Part shown: piece by piece, positions 12,111 through 26,366 of the stretch | Numbering within the stretch: the stretch's first letter is position 1 | Layout of the letters: each line of letters starts with the position of its first letter | Source: Raillietiella orientalis | Taxonomy: Eukaryota | Direction of reading: 5' to 3' | DNA: 64,000 nucleotides | Assembly: GCA_036172245.1 (NCBI GenBank) | Contig: JAYWIR010000007.1 | Span: forward strand, 2,294,001-2,358,000 | Translations under genes and position numbers: made by a program | The notes under the pieces: model-generated | Seen by the model: the letters and a program-made list of their open reading frames with translations, nothing else | Databases searched by the model: none | Told to the model about the DNA's origin: nothing

Positions 12111-13267
12111 TCTTTTCTCAGAAAGTAGCAATTTGTGAGCTTCAGGCGGAAATTCCATTGCCTTCGTATATCCTATCCAGAATTATTTATAACAAATTTG
12201 CGTTCATAAAGCTTTGCTCTAGCCGATTCCCTGTGTGTTGTCAATGGGTACCCAAGTTTTTTTCGTGAACTTCTTTACCTGGAGGTATTCGACCAAAGGT
12301 GTGCTTTTCCGTTACTGCATTGCAATGAGTTCTTCGACTCGGATGCAGTTCCGTGCACAGCAATCCAAATGTGATCTGTGAAATGGAAAAATCCGAAGTC
12401 ATCGAAAATGAAATTCCAAGTTCAAGAGCCAACGTTGAGCTGCTCAGGAGCTGGTAGTTATCTTTTGGGTACCACCAGGCCGTTTTTTATGTTGCATTAG
12501 CACTAACAGGAAAACAAGGACTATTTTTATTTTATTTTATTTTAATAAAGTTCCCATTCTTTCCAGATTGCTAATTGCAGGCGTAGAGTTCTTTGATCAC
12601 ACTGCACATTGGCGCAGTGTAAATGCAATGTGCTTTTACAGTCTCGGTCCTGCCCAACGGTTAGCATTTATTCCTAGAGAGTGTTGCATCTTCACACTTT
12701 GGCATGCCCTCTAGGGCGAACAGTTTGAAAACGATTATAACGTGGAAGAGAAGCTTCGAGAGAGATTTTAAATCAAGGACCTCATTTTCTTTCTGCTCGA
12801 CCGGAATCCAAAAGCATTCCCTACCTTACATCGACAGACAAGCACCCGAGTCCGTGGGGATGCTTCACATACAGTTCAGACGCTTCGCGGTCGTGGCTCA
12901 GCTTCTCCAGAAAACAGCTCAATTTCTTGGGAAGCCTCTGGGGGGTTCCTGGATTTGAGTTACTTTCACCATAAAACTAGGTGAAAGAATCGAAACAAAC
13001 GGAGAACAGGCAAACGAAAGGGTAAGTAGTAGATCACTTAGAGTGGAGTGAGAACGATTTTCACATCAATGACATCCTCGAATCAAACGTGACGGAAGAT
13101 TCGTTTTTGGCACTTTTTCACTGCAAACTCTGTCAAGGAGAAGACACAAACAGCACGAATCTCCATGACTATGCGAAGTCCCCAAATTTGCAGGCTGATC
13201 GTGTCACAGGCGGAGTTGCGTAGTCCGCTGGGCGTTTCTTGCCTCGTCGCCTAAGAGCTGCATCGAG

Positions 13268-13374
13268 TCCGAGTGGAGATTAGTGGTGGAGATTAGTGGA
13301 CTCCACTCGGATGGCAGGCACACTCAGCGCACAGTGGCTTCATCCACCACTGTGCGCTGAGTGTGCCTGCCATC
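13268..13374. repeat. Double fold-back: 11-bp inverted repeat plus a perfect 28-bp inverted repeat
   Basis: 13268-13278 pairs with 13301-13311 around a tandem GTGGAGATTAGTG duplication. 13310-13337 pairs perfectly with 13347-13374 around a 9-nt loop. Confidence 0.95.
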
Positions 13375-13405
13375 TCTGCTCGCTCAACTTCCCCTGCCGG
13401 ACGCA

Positions 13406-13661
13406 TCAGCGAAGGACCTTTAAGGCGAGGAGGTCGATGAAGACGATCGCATTGACAATCGCTCTCGAGTAAGTCTCGCAGAAGTTGTGGCAGTCGAGGT
13501 GCGGCCTGCAGTAGCTGTAGATGGCCGGCGTGATGTCTTGGGTCCTGGACGTACTAACCACTTCGTGAACGGGTTGGATCGCGTCGAAAGTCGAGGAGAA
13601 CCCGGAGAACAGGAAGAGCAGGGAAGCAAAGACGATCGGACCAAGGAAAATGGCAATCTCG
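13406..13661 (-). pseudogene. Decayed ABCG1/4 (white-family) transporter C-terminal exon
   Basis: After a ctctttcag acceptor (AG at 13663-13662) an 84-codon open frame reads EIAIFLGPIVFASLLFLFSGFSSTFDAIQP...AIYSYCRPHLDCHNFC...FIDLLALKVLR*. It resembles the ABCG TM5 (FLGP...LLFSGF...FDAIP) and ECL3 (IY...R..L.C...C) but is shortened by internal deletions. An H-loop-like SSILFRIFD lies upstream at 14020-13994. Confidence 0.55.
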
Positions 13662-16600
13662 CTGAAAGAGCCAGATCTGATTCAGCCGATGGTTTTCTTT
13701 TTCATCTTTCCAGGAGAGAAGGGGGGAAGGAAGCATCTTCGTAGTCAAATGGGATCCCCGAACAGCAGTATGGAGATCCGTCACTTGAGTCTCTTTTCTG
13801 TGGAAGAAGGGAACCCCAGGGAAACAAAAAGCCCAGCTTCTGCTGGTCCTTTGATGGATCCGACGCAACCCGCTCCGTGATCCTTGGCGACGTCCGCGTG
13901 CACAGAGTCGGTTACGGTGCCTTGCTTCCTCGTTTCCACAGCAACGCTCGCAAATGTCGGTGCGCGTTTCCATCACTGTCAGTCAAGACAACCATCGAAA
14001 ATTCTGAAGAGAATGGACGAGATGAGATGGCAGGGCAGAAGGGACGTTTGCATGCCACAGGGTTCACCTCGCGCTCCATGCACGCGTATTGATGGTGGTG
14101 ATGGTGGTGCGCGATGAGAAGCATTCGACAGGAGGAGGGGGGAAGGGATGCGTGCAAGCCGACCTCTCCCCCGACAGAGGAAGAAGACTGAACACTTCTC
14201 TCTGTAGGTCTTGGAACCTTTTTTGTAGGTCCCCGTCTTCGCCTCCTTTCTCTTCCGGGAACCGATCCAGAGGGTGCCTCGGTCATCAAATCGTTCAGCG
14301 GAGGTCGTGGAACGAGTGTCGTCCTCTCGTTCGATTACTGCAACTTTATCGGTGCTTGAACTTCCAGTGGACAGAGCGGTCACACGATGTCAAGAGGTTC
14401 CGTGGTGCCCGGTTGACGGTGATTGCGTCTGGCGCTCTGCCATCACGGTTGCGCATCTGTCGTTTTGTCTGCTCTCGCGCTTCCCTCCGTGCCCAAGAGA
14501 GACAAAGTCTGCAGCCCCTCCCGATCGTTCCAGGAGATTCCTCCTGCTCACTTCTTCGAGTGGAGGGCAAACAACTTTGCAAGGGGAGCAGCCCGAGCTC
14601 AAGGAGCAAAGTTAACCGAGTTCTAAAGGTCGTCACGAGCGGAGATAACGTCGCGGAAGAACAGTGACGCCTCCTGGAAGAAAAGGGAGAGGCAGGGAGG
14701 AGTCACAACCTGAGCTTTGAATGATGGGAAGATGTAATTCCAAACCTATAAAAACTGGTCAAGGTCTGGCCAACGAATCAAAGAAAGGTAGGTGGGGTGG
14801 AGAGATGATAGGTGGACCCAAGGAGCGGGTTCGGACCATTAAACGAAGGTAGGTGATCGGAAGTTCGACAGCTGACGCATCTGCATGATCTCTTCGCTTC
14901 CTCTCGAAGGCTCTGTCTCTGTTGAGGACGAACTGTGATTTGCTGCTCCAGGAAGCATTCCATCCGGGGCTCAAGTTTCTGTTAAAGCCCTCTAAGGTCG
15001 TCGTGCACTCGGGCTAAGGATGGTTGACCGTATTGCATGCACATGCGTGTAGGCAGGCACATGCACTGCTGACCACCGAATGCAACGTCTCGAAGCTATT
15101 TTGTGACATCCTTAACCGCGGCCTTAACTTTGGTGCGTCGAAGCTGCACGCACACACGAGCTGGTGACCTTCTTGGTCATGCCTCGCCGTCGTTATGCCT
15201 GTCGATAGGAAGGATTGCTATTATCATTACCTTATGATTCGAATCGACAAATCTACGTCTCCATGTGCACATTCAACTACGAAGCTTTTTCCAAGTTCTC
15301 CTTTTGTCCACGTATGACTTCGCTTTGTCCACAATTCATAGAATATAATATTTACGGATACACTTTGATCATAGCTCGTATATTTATTTCGCCCATGTGT
15401 GGGACTCCATTCTCCCAAGAACAATCTGTTTCTGGCAGCGTCGACTTTCGTTCGGATGGTCGTTCAAAGACGAAGCCACGCTCTTGTTTCTTGATTCCGG
15501 AAACCCAGCACACGAAGCACACAGTGGCATTTCCAACAAAAATTCTGCGGCGACAACCCTTTCTCGGAAGTCATTTTTTTTTTATGGATTTATCCGATGG
15601 ACCCTTCGAACTTGTTTACCATAACGAAAATATTTTTAAAAACATTTCACAAACCATGGAATCTCGATACTTCTGGATCTACTCTGATTACATAATGGAA
15701 ACTGATGGAAGTGTTTTAGGATGTAAATAAACTTCACGTGAGAGTGGGTTGGACGTTAGCGGTTATTTGGAGCCCATTTAGAGACTCTTCTCCGTCCGAG
15801 TTTTCGAGTTGATGGTCGTTGATGGTCGTGTCGCATCACGACAATCTCTCCATCATCTTGTCGATGCACGATGCTTGTGTGTTAGGTCACATCGGGTGCT
15901 TTTGCATGTGCACGTTGGACACAGGCGAGAGCACCAATAGATTACTAAAAGGAAAAGCATGAATGTCTTCTACCCTTGCAGTGCTGGCTCTGAACAGCTC
16001 GAAAAAACAGCAAGAACTGGAAACTTCACCAGGGCATTTAACCGAATTCTTAGTAGCTGGCAATGCGTCAGGCATCGCGAATTCGATCTGTTGAGAGCTG
16101 AACACCTCCTTGAGAAATGGGAGGCGACCGCAGTGAAATTAACTGCAGCCTTGAACCTTTTTTTTTTTTTTTTTTGCGTGTGAGAAAAACCACAGCATCT
16201 CATCAGTCAGAAACACACGCACTCTCTTTCAGTTCTACAAATGTGCTGAAGAAATTTTCCCTGTTTCAGAATCGAGATCAGGAAGTAGCTGGAAAATTTT
16301 CATTTTATTTTAAATAGGTTTTTGGTGAATCCTGTAAAGCAGATATGCGGTTCGTGCACCCTGGCTGAGACCTGTGATCATCTGGTGATCCGATTCAGTA
16401 GGCACTTTACGGCTAACTCTCCTCATGATTTCATGGCTGCCGATGACTACTAACCTTAATCTTGCCGTAGACGACGTTCCTTCCACGAAGATAACACCAA
16501 CTCACGTAAAGGAAGAAGGCAGGAGAAAATGATGTTTGTCTGCTCCAAACTTCTCAACCGAAAATGGCACCCGTCAGGAAAGGCTCCAAAATCAGGTCTC

Positions 16601-18379
16601 GGATCGAAAAACCTTGCGATGTACGATGCTGGGCGAGCTCCTTCCTCGACTGGTGCTGGAATAGAGCCAATGCTTTCCAGAAGAAGGCGCGAGACTTTCT
16701 CTGGAAGTTCAGGACACAGAATTACCATTTCATGGAAACGAATATAAGAATGAATGAATAATATGATTAATGAGAACACTGATGCATCCAGGTGTATCCC
16801 TACGTGGTGTTCGGAAATGAAGATGGAAGAAACCACCAACAGTCATATTTCAAGGATGTTTCTTATTATATTTGAAAATGAGATGGCTTAGAATCATTTA
16901 AAACAGTGGCGATATCAGTGAAATCTAAATTCAGTAACACTGATTGGGCCATTTTCCTGAATATTTACTTCGATACATCGCATTCGGTGAAGAATTAGGG
17001 GGGAAGCTGGGTTTTGTAGGGATCACATTTTGCAGTCTTTGGTGAGCAACACAAACGACCCTTTGATCACGACAGCAATTGATACATCAGTGATGTACAC
17101 TGCTGAGTAATCCCTTTCATGGCCTTCTTAGATACCTCACGATCCACCGGAGCGGAACCGCTTTTATGATACATTTCTCCTCATCCGTGGAACGTAGAGA
17201 TAGAAGAATGTGAGCAATCTGTAATCCCATCTTCAGTACGAGATAAAACCAAAAATCAGATACAAGGAATCTTGCATAGATAGATAAGCACAGCACAGCA
17301 AGTCTCGATTTGCTGGCTTTATTTCTGAAGCCATTTGTCATACGTGCAGAAACCAGTGACAGTGCGCTATCGCATGCACATGAGTCCTTTCTACCTGAGG
17401 GGCGCCCCAATAAAGAACAAGGGTCGGTAATACCATCTTTGCAATCTGAAAGGCTACCAAATATGGAGTTTAATGGGACACGGTTGGCATAGTGCAGGGA
17501 GAGTTATTCGCCGCAATGCCATGGAGTGGAAAAGAAATGTACCACCAAATCTAATGACTGAGCATTGTGAGGGTCGGCACCCGACTTTCGTAACAGAAAA
17601 CCATTTGAAACTTGCTAACACCATAACAAAGAACTGCAGACTTGCTATCGTTCTTGAAAGGGCTCCAGAGTCTGCATCAGGGACGAATCAACGAATTCGA
17701 ACAATAAGGGTATGCGAAACGGGTACAAAATGCTCCGAAAGGCATAGACAGAAACCTCCATCATGCCTATGTGTGCATTTGAGGAGTTACATAAATGAAA
17801 AAGTGGTAACTGTTGTGCAGACATGATTGCGCAATTGGGAGTCGAAACTCAAACGACAGTTTTAATAAAACTATCTTCAATCATCGGAGCTCAAAAATGT
17901 CAAAAATCAGACGTGCTGGTAATTCATGTAGATTACCTTGTACGAATCACGCGAAACTTAGCGTCCGAAACGAAGTACAGATGGAGATCGATGCGCAAAG
18001 TAATGCCAGGCAATTTCAGTTTTCATTTTGATCCCAAAGTGAGAGAATGTAGTTCTAGTGAAATCATCTTGCTTCAGTGTGCTGCCTCATGCTTTCAAAC
18101 ATATTATTCAGACCCCGGAAGAATTCAAGTTTGAAATATTGCAATCATCGATCACAAAACTTCACGTGGTCTGCACTTGCTAACCATTTTAAGGATCCGT
18201 GAAGGATGAGCTTGGAATGCAACTCAGAACCGGAGAACCATTGAAAAAGTGGCGCACGATTTTTGGAGAGCACAAGACAAAAAATTTTCTCATACAAAGA
18301 TGCAAAAGATTGAGCTGATCAAATATATGGGAAAGGACAGTCATATTTGTATTCAATAATGGAAAATACAAAACTTTAT

Positions 18380-18615
18380 TTTGATTTTTCGGTTTAGCTC
18401 GTACACAGCAGATCTTCTATGCATACTCCTCTTAAAGGAAGTGTTTGTGAGCCTCATCTTGATACACAATAATTATAAAAAAGTTTTATTCGTAGAAAAA
18501 ACTAATAATTAGCATTACAAGAATTTTAACGCTTTAAAATTTTTTGAGCTACAGAAGTTATCGGTACTTGAATTCCAAAACACACACACACACATACAAC
18601 TAGTTCTTCTATATG
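18380..18615. mobile_element. Possible remnant of a non-autonomous (Helentron/DINE-like) repeat ending in (CA)n
   Basis: Ends in agaagttat...(CA)n-catac...ttctatat, a layout reminiscent of arthropod non-autonomous element termini. Only one copy is visible in the window. Confidence 0.2.
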
Positions 18616-19705
18616 CTTATTTATTCCACTTTGATATTTACTCCACATGCTAAATATGAGTGGAGTTTTAGCTACAAATACCTCCCCCAAAAACCTACTT
18701 TGGAGCTCCCAGAGTTTCCATACACACTAATTACAATCGCGAATTTCGGTAAGCAGATTTATGAACAAGTTGTTTTTACCTAAATCCACAGCTGATATTC
18801 ACATTTTCAATTTTTCTATGTTCACTATCCTGCTAATTATACTTCCAGCATTCTACTTTTAGTACAATCAATGGTCGAATAAAAGGAACTTTAGTCGAAC
18901 CAAACACTTCCATTAAAACAAAGTCCTAATACAAAATATATAATATTTGTTGTTCTATTCAGTAAACAACTTTTTCATCATGGCCATGGAGACCAAAGGT
19001 AACACAGATGATTCCAATGTTCCTGTGAATGACTAGCGCCTCATCCGCAAATATTGCTCGCTGAAGTTTCTAAGCATATAAATTTATGTTAAGCTTAGCA
19101 CCGTGCTCTATCAAAGGGATTCTCATATAGATAATGCTCCTATATTAATCATGGAGTTTTGTAGGGTTATTGGTTTTAAATAAGTTTGGATTTCATGAAA
19201 AACTGTTTCATAGATAAGTTTAATGAATATAGAAATAAAAATAAAATTAATAACTCGTTTTTCAATCAGAATATATGTCTAATTGTCAAAACAGTGATTT
19301 TTTAAGCATGATGAGGCTAAAAGTATTGATGACATTTAAAATCCTTAATGGAATTCTTATTTAAACATGTCTCTCGTATTTAGTGAGCTCACGAGCAGTA
19401 AGTTATTTAGCTCATTCTCACGGAAGTCGAAATTTATTCTGCTCAAAAATTATTCTCTATGTAGTATTGCAAATTGCTTAACCAATAAGGGTATTTTGTT
19501 TTAGAATTTTATTTAGTACGCTTGTTAGTTTCATGTTTTCCCAAGCACACTTTTTGTATTCTGATGTAAATCAAATTAGCTTGGTATTTCCTCAAATCAT
19601 GTGGTGATGAGTACAATTGGTCGTAAATGTAAAGGTTCTTTGTAAGCATTGCCGATGTTTTAATTTTCAAGATAAATATTAACGAGGAAAATGGTATTTT
19701 CAGCA

Positions 19706-22237
19706 ATGCAGAAATCTTATCAGCAATCCTTACCTGTGAGATACGATATTCCTGTAAGTTTTTATGGAGATGATTTTGAGACAAGTAATTGCTTGTCGGA
19801 GTGTTTAACTCAAATGCATAACTCAAAGAATAAAACAGTTGGAGCCGATATTTCTGATATCAGCAGTGGTAGCAATATAGTGATCGATAAGAATCCAGCA
19901 GCAGATCATGAGAAATTTGATTCACGGACGTGGACTAAGCAAGCTTCATTTACTATTAAGTAATTCATTTGTTTGTATAATGCAGTGTTCTGTCAAAATT
20001 GCTGTCAAAAATTAAATTGGCGTTGTTTCTGACTAGTTAAACTGTTGCATATTGTAACTGTGGTGGTATGCTCAGTAAGTTAGACAAGTTTGAAAACCTT
20101 GTTCAGCGGATTAGTATTGTTTATCATGTTGATCATCCCCGAAATCGCAAACTCCATGAGAAGTTGAATTGCTCGCAAGGAAATTTGTTTTCTTATAAGT
20201 GCTATACACATACTTTAGTAATGCAAAGACGATATGAAAGACATCATATGTTTACATTCATAATGAATTTCGAGTTGCTGTGTTTATAAGGAATCACTGC
20301 GGTTCTTTATGAGCAGAAATAAGGATTCCCGATTGATATACGAATAGCTTTCTATGTCTGTTGTTTTTACATTTGATTTTAAGTTTATTTTTATATCCAC
20401 TGTAAATTATTTCTCAGATGTGCACAGGTTTCTGATAATGTTATTATCTTAATAAAACACAAACATGTTTATCGTTCTATAAAAAAAGGTTTACAGGAAA
20501 TTCTCTCATTCATAATATGTTTCATGAGTTTAGAATATGAACTTGTGATGGATCATTTAATAATTTTTTTATTTCAAACAAAAGCCCCAAGCACTAAATA
20601 AGTTGTGTTTGGAATCTAGAAGAAGGCTTTCCTGAGATCAGTGGATTGACTGTTGGAGAAATTTTAGGTTTCGATAAATGCAAATGCATTTCTGTAAGTC
20701 TGTCTTTATGCCAGTACTTTTAAATCAGCATTTTAAAATGTTTGAAGATATATAAAGATGTAAAAACAGAATGAAATAGGAAAGGAGTAAGTTTGTTTAG
20801 TTCCATGCTAACATGTTCACTGAAAGCCCTAATTCCAGAACGGTTGAGTATCCCTAATTCTGCGGTTTTTATTTTGTGATTTTTAAAGCATTAAAACTTT
20901 GTTTTTATTATGAGTTATCTGATTGATAAATGGCATTGTAGATTACTTTTGAGAAGTATTCATTCTCCCTTTGTGTTTTGAGCATTGTAAAAGTATGTGG
21001 AAAATTAGTTCCTTTGCTGAATAAAGTTATTTTGTGTTTTGCTATAATAGTATTACTGTTTGGACATAAGTGAATTGCTTGGTGTTTTCTTTGTATGATG
21101 ATTTCATGCAGTTACAATTATGTAAATTTGTAGCATATCTTGGATATTTTATATAGCATATTTTATGTGGTTTGTGTAGTAGATTTAGTAAGCTTTATTT
21201 CATATTTTGTGTGTAAAACAAATTGTGATAATAAGCTAGTTCAGTGTTTGTAACACTGATTTTTACTTTTATGGGATAAAGCTGGAATAAAATGTTAAGC
21301 TCATTAATGATCCTAAATGTAATCAAATCTTATTCAAGATTCATACCATAAGTTGTTTTAATTAGCCTTTTACTGGACTTCAAAAATAGGAAGAAAAATT
21401 CTCATCAGAAATGTTAACTTTTTTTATTTTTTTTTGAGAATATTAAGAATAATGTTTTTTTTTAACATTTTAGCATTCTTTTTTAGAAAGATACTTCAGC
21501 CGTCATCCTATTTGAATTCACATGTGGATTTGACATCTAATCCATATATTGATGCCAAAACTCAGAAGTGTAGTACTAGTGTTCTAAATGAAGAGCTAGT
21601 TCAAAAATTTATGGGAAATTCTGTGTTGTATGCAGCTTTAGAGCAGCCAAATGAGCCTTTCCCTGCTAGAAAGGGAAAAAGGCAGTTGAAGAAGCAAAAA
21701 ACAGTAGGTTAATGGATGAATATTAAACTTTACTTGTGATCCCAGATGGAAAGAGAAAAAACCAAAGGTGCAATGTGGTTTCATATGCCAGCGACTGAAT
21801 TGACAGAAGAAAGGAGAAGAGATCTAAAGATTATACAGATGCAGAATGTATTGGATCCGAAAAGGTTCTACAAAAAGAAGGATAAGAATTCTCTACCTAA
21901 ATATTTCCAGGTATGGAAAGGGTATTTAACAAAGTTTTTGTTATTGCTTCAACTTTTAGATTGGGAAAGTCATTGAAACACCAGCAGATTTTTATCATAG
22001 TAGACTACCAAAAAAACAAAGAAAAGCAACCATTGTGGATGAACTGTTGGCTGATGCTGAACTTCATAGGTATTCTCTTTTTGCATTATACCATATGACT
22101 CACAAAGAAAATGCTGTAGATATCAGAAAAAGAAGTACACTGAGATCTTAAGACAGAGGATGTATAGGAAAGGAATACGCTCATGGCCAAAAGGTTCAAT
22201 GAAACAGCGAGCCAAAAATAAAAAGAAGCATTCATAG
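19706..22237 (+). CDS. DNTTIP2: Fcf2/DNTTIP2 (Tdif2)-like pre-rRNA processing protein (about 287 aa)
   Basis: Exons 19706-19959 (alternative in-frame ATG 19691), 21487-21703, 21746-21910, 21960-22069 and 22120-22237 splice in frame. Fcf2 domain WFHMPATELTEE..RDLKIIQMQNVLDPKRFYKK...PKYFQIGKVIETPADFYHSRL...TIVDELLAD. The first coding exon is less certain. Confidence 0.88.
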
Positions 22238-25151
22238 TATTTATCTGAGTGAACTTTCACATTTCTGAGCTTTGTATTTCTCCTCAATGAGAAACATCTT
22301 GATACTTTACAGATGGTTTGGTAATGAAACTTGGAAAATCAGTTTAAATTGCACATATACATGATCATTTTCCAATATTGGCTCATCCAAGCATTACATA
22401 CAGAATATTTGTTCCCGAAGTTTGAATGAGGACTTTCATCTACAAATTTGGTTCATTTTTATTACATTCGAAGTATCAGTGTGCAGATGGTGTATTGATA
22501 AGGAAAATTTGTTAGCACATTTCAATAATTGTTTCGAATTATGAGTTTCGAAATTCATTTAAGTTATTTATGGTGTAGAATGATAGTAAATGACATAATA
22601 TAACAATAATGTCACCATGGCTCCTTTGGTTCCATATCTTACTACTGATTTTAGTGCTTTTGCCTGTTCTCCCAGGTGATTATTTTCAAACAACCCAAAG
22701 ACATAACCTGGTCGAACCTTCCCCAAGAATATCATATTCGTGCAGGAAGTAAAATCTAGTTGGGACAGAAAATGCTCTGTTTCCTATCAGGGGATTTTTT
22801 TTTTTCTGGAATTGATGGAACCTCCGATCTTTCCAATTCTTTTTTAACATGGAGGAAAAATATTTGATCCAATTATTGTGGAAAGTTTCGATAGCATAGT
22901 ACTTCATTTTTTTCTGTTAAATGACTCATAAAAAATCTCCGGAGGAGTGGTTTTGTTAATTCCTTTTATCTTATTGTATGCTTCTAAAGCTACTATTAGA
23001 ATCTTGAGGTGTTTGATTTCAGTTATTGATTCCTTTTTCAATGCTTTCCAACAACGATGGGAATCCTTGAATCTTCTGGTCTTTGCGGTTCTCTAACTCT
23101 CCATGACCAGTAATATTACCACACTGGAAAAAATACAGATTTTGCCGTTCGGTTTGTGGAACCTGGATTCCTTTAAGCAGCCATAAATATGTGTACCTAG
23201 TATTTGTATATGTGGACATCTGGACAGTCTTTGAATTAATTAACTCTGAACTTGTTTCTCGACTGCCTTAGTATCCTTAATTTTGAAAAGCGGGCCCATC
23301 ATTGACAAATATTACGAACATGAATATCATCATAATCATCACCACAATTATAGAAACAATATTTGCTCTTCCGTAGAACTGACAGGAAGTGCAGATTTGT
23401 TTAGTGAAGCCATTATCAAAAAATAGCCTATAATAATGTTGATGTTGACACTTTGGATCTTACATGGGGAAGGTTTTTAAAATCGCCTACAATTCTCACC
23501 GAACTGCATTGATAGCAGTGGAAATTGAGTAAAATGCTGAGTTAGTCTATTAAAATCGATATCAGTAACAATTTTCGATCATGGTATTGTACTTTGTCCA
23601 GGGGTACAAAACTGAATTTCTGCATGTTAAATTCATTGAGTGCTGAGAAAAGAAAGGGGGATTCAAAGCTCCGTTATGTGACGGGCACAAAATGATATAT
23701 CAGCAGCCAGGTTGTCTTTGGTGGTTGTGAACGAAACTACGTCTAGTAGAAAAGCTCTGCCAGTTGGTATGCTATTTTTTATGCTCAGTCATCCTTAAAC
23801 AAGTTTTTTTTGATCATTTTCTGCAGTTCTATTGCAAATAACTGGAATATAAAGAATATTTTTTTAAAAGAATAAAAAAACGTATTCGAAAAACATGGAC
23901 TAAATCTATTGTATTATTAACATGTTAATTTTTGGTGGTCTCTTTTGCTTGGTGAACTTGAAAATATATAAGAACAATAGTAATGTGCTCAATATTTCCA
24001 CAACATTTTTTTGTTTTTTATAAAGGCAAAGTCAATTTAGTTGTTGAGAATGAAATGATCCAACAGTACATCTTTTCGAAAGATTAAATTCTTCACACAA
24101 AACGTACACAAATTTTGAATAAAAAAATCGCTTGTTGCTTAATGACAATACTCTAGATGAAACTGAATGTAAGCCATAAAAGATGTAAATTAATTTGAAA
24201 TACTACAGAAAAGATTAAGATGCCACTATAAGTTTGTTTTTTTAACACAAAATGAATGAACTCATATTTAAAAAACAGTACTTTAAATAAATGAAAAGAT
24301 CACTTATAATTGGCATTTGTGTTTCTGAGGAAAAGAATGGAATCTTGAGTGGAACAGAAGCAACCTCTGAGAATGTTTAAAAGGAAATGTAGCAGTGAGA
24401 TATTCAGTTAACCGCAAAAGTATCAGCAAGAAATTATAATTAGATGCGGACTTTATGCTGAAATATATCGAAAGATAAAAACATATACACATATGTGAAG
24501 GTTGATTGATTGATTCCATGAAACCGCCAGTAGCTGGTCGGATGAAATTTCCTTGAATGGGGTTGCTCATGGTATATACCTGGAAATAGACTGTACTGTT
24601 GAACTACTGCAAACAATACTGTTCGGAGACTTGAGGTTTTAATATAATAGCAGTGTTTATTTTGATGGTAAAAGTCATTGAATGGATTTTGTTCTCCATA
24701 CTTTACATCCAGAGATGATTGAGGCTCTGCTAAGACTGTATCATTCAATCTCCTACTCATCATAGAAACTCTCAATCACATCACAGAAGAATAAATTGAT
24801 ATTAATTGAGTGATAGAGCCGTAGAGATTTATATTTTCTGATCTTTAGCTGACTTACCGAATTTAGTTTAAAAAACAATTATTGGTTTGGTAGCATATAA
24901 TTGAATCATTAGATTACTAACTCTGTAATTATATTGATACCACTTGTTTTGTAAATATCAAAGCTTTACACCAATCTCGATTAAAAATTAAAACGAGAAA
25001 ACAAATTTGTGCACACATAAAGAGATACTGGAAAGCTATTTTTCAATTTACTGTAATTTAATGTTTTAGATCATTGGAATAATTCCAAAATGAGAAAAAA
25101 TAGCTCATCACTTAGAAATCAGCATGAATTTGTTCTCTCTATGTAGGGATT

Positions 25152-26366
25152 ATGAGTAGAATTCTGAGTAACCAGAAAAGTGCAACGTTTGCAACCCTGA
25201 TTCTCGGTAAGGTACGAATAAGTGCTATCAATATGCTTAAAAGAGGATGTGCATAAATTTTCTACTCTTCGAAAAACCTCCATTGTAAGGATTAGTCACA
25301 ATTGTCTGTTCTAAAAGCAGTCTCAGGTGTAGTTTATCTATGTAAATTTTACAGTACAATGCTGGCTTGTTATGGAAAAGTCTGCCATAGAGGAATTCTT
25401 ATGCGGATGGGGCGCGGCATTTATCAATGTTGTCTGCACTTTTCCGATAAATAAAGTCATATTTCGTCAGGTTTGTGTATTTTTATAATCAATCACAATG
25501 TAATGCCGTGTGTAAGTACCCAATTTTTTGTCATATAATTTTTTCAATCGCTCATATAGTGTAGTCTAAATGGTTTTAACTTTATTGAATCATAATTTAA
25601 CGCTTTCCATCAGATGCTGCATGGAATCGAAACAAGGAACGTTGTTGTGCAACTGAAACATGAAGGGTTCCACAATCTCTATAGAGGAGTATCGTTTCCC
25701 CTTTGCCAGAAAACTATATCAGTGTCCGTTATGTTTGGAATGTACGATGAATACCAGAAGATTTTGTTGAAATTATTTCCCAGTTTAAACCCTGCCTTAA
25801 ACAAAGCAGCAGCGGCCCTGATTGCAGGGTGTACAGAAGCAGTTTTAACTCCTTGTGAAAGATTGCAAACTCTAATGCAGGACTCAGCCTATCACAAAAA
25901 ATTCCCAAATTCTTTTCATAGTTTTGTTTACTTAAGAACCTATGGTGTCAGAGAATATTATCGTGGACTGACTCCAATACTCCTACGCAATGGACCAAGT
26001 AATGTTCTGTTTTTCACTTTAAGAGAGCAACTGAAAAGCATTTGGCCAAGGAATAACAGCTGGTATAGATCCTTAACTCATGACTTTGTAAATGGTGCAC
26101 TGCTTGGAGGTCTAATTAGTACTTTATTTTATCCCATCAATGTAGTGAAAACTCGAATGCAAAGTACTCTAGGTGGTGAGTTCCCAAGTTTCATTAAAAC
26201 CTTCCACATGATTCTTCTTGAAAGAGAATACAGTTGCAAGAAACTATTTGCTGGGGTTCATGTTAATTATTCACGTGCCATAATCAGCTGGGGAATAATA
26301 AATGCCTCTTATGAAATGCTGAAAAAGTCATATAAAACGTATTCTGATAACACTCAAATTAGGTAA
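25152..26366 (+). CDS. SLC25A51: Mitochondrial NAD+ carrier SLC25A51/MCART1-like
   Basis: Exons 25152-25206 (tentative), 25355-25470 and 25614-26366; alternative start ATG 25372. EFLCGWGAAFINV..TFPINKVIFRQMLHG, LTPCERLQTLMQ, GLTPILLRNGPSN, YPINVVKTRMQ, SWGIINASYE. Confidence 0.93.

Noticed and set aside
19390..19710. Spliced-leader trans-splicing as a general explanation for acceptors just upstream of several ATGs
   Set aside because: Ordinary cis 5'-UTR introns suffice: a strong GTAAGT donor lies at 19398 upstream of the Fcf2-like acceptor, and similar donors precede other genes. It remains possible only for V-ATPase G.
23271..23280. U12-type donor-like GTATCCTT (also a TCCTTAAC branch-like motif near 15110)
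   Set aside because: Not associated with any recognisable exon; short enough to occur by chance.
22680..24775. Possible spliced minus-strand gene between the Fcf2-like gene and SLC25A51
   Set aside because: Some splice-like signals, but no continuous frame or recognisable family.
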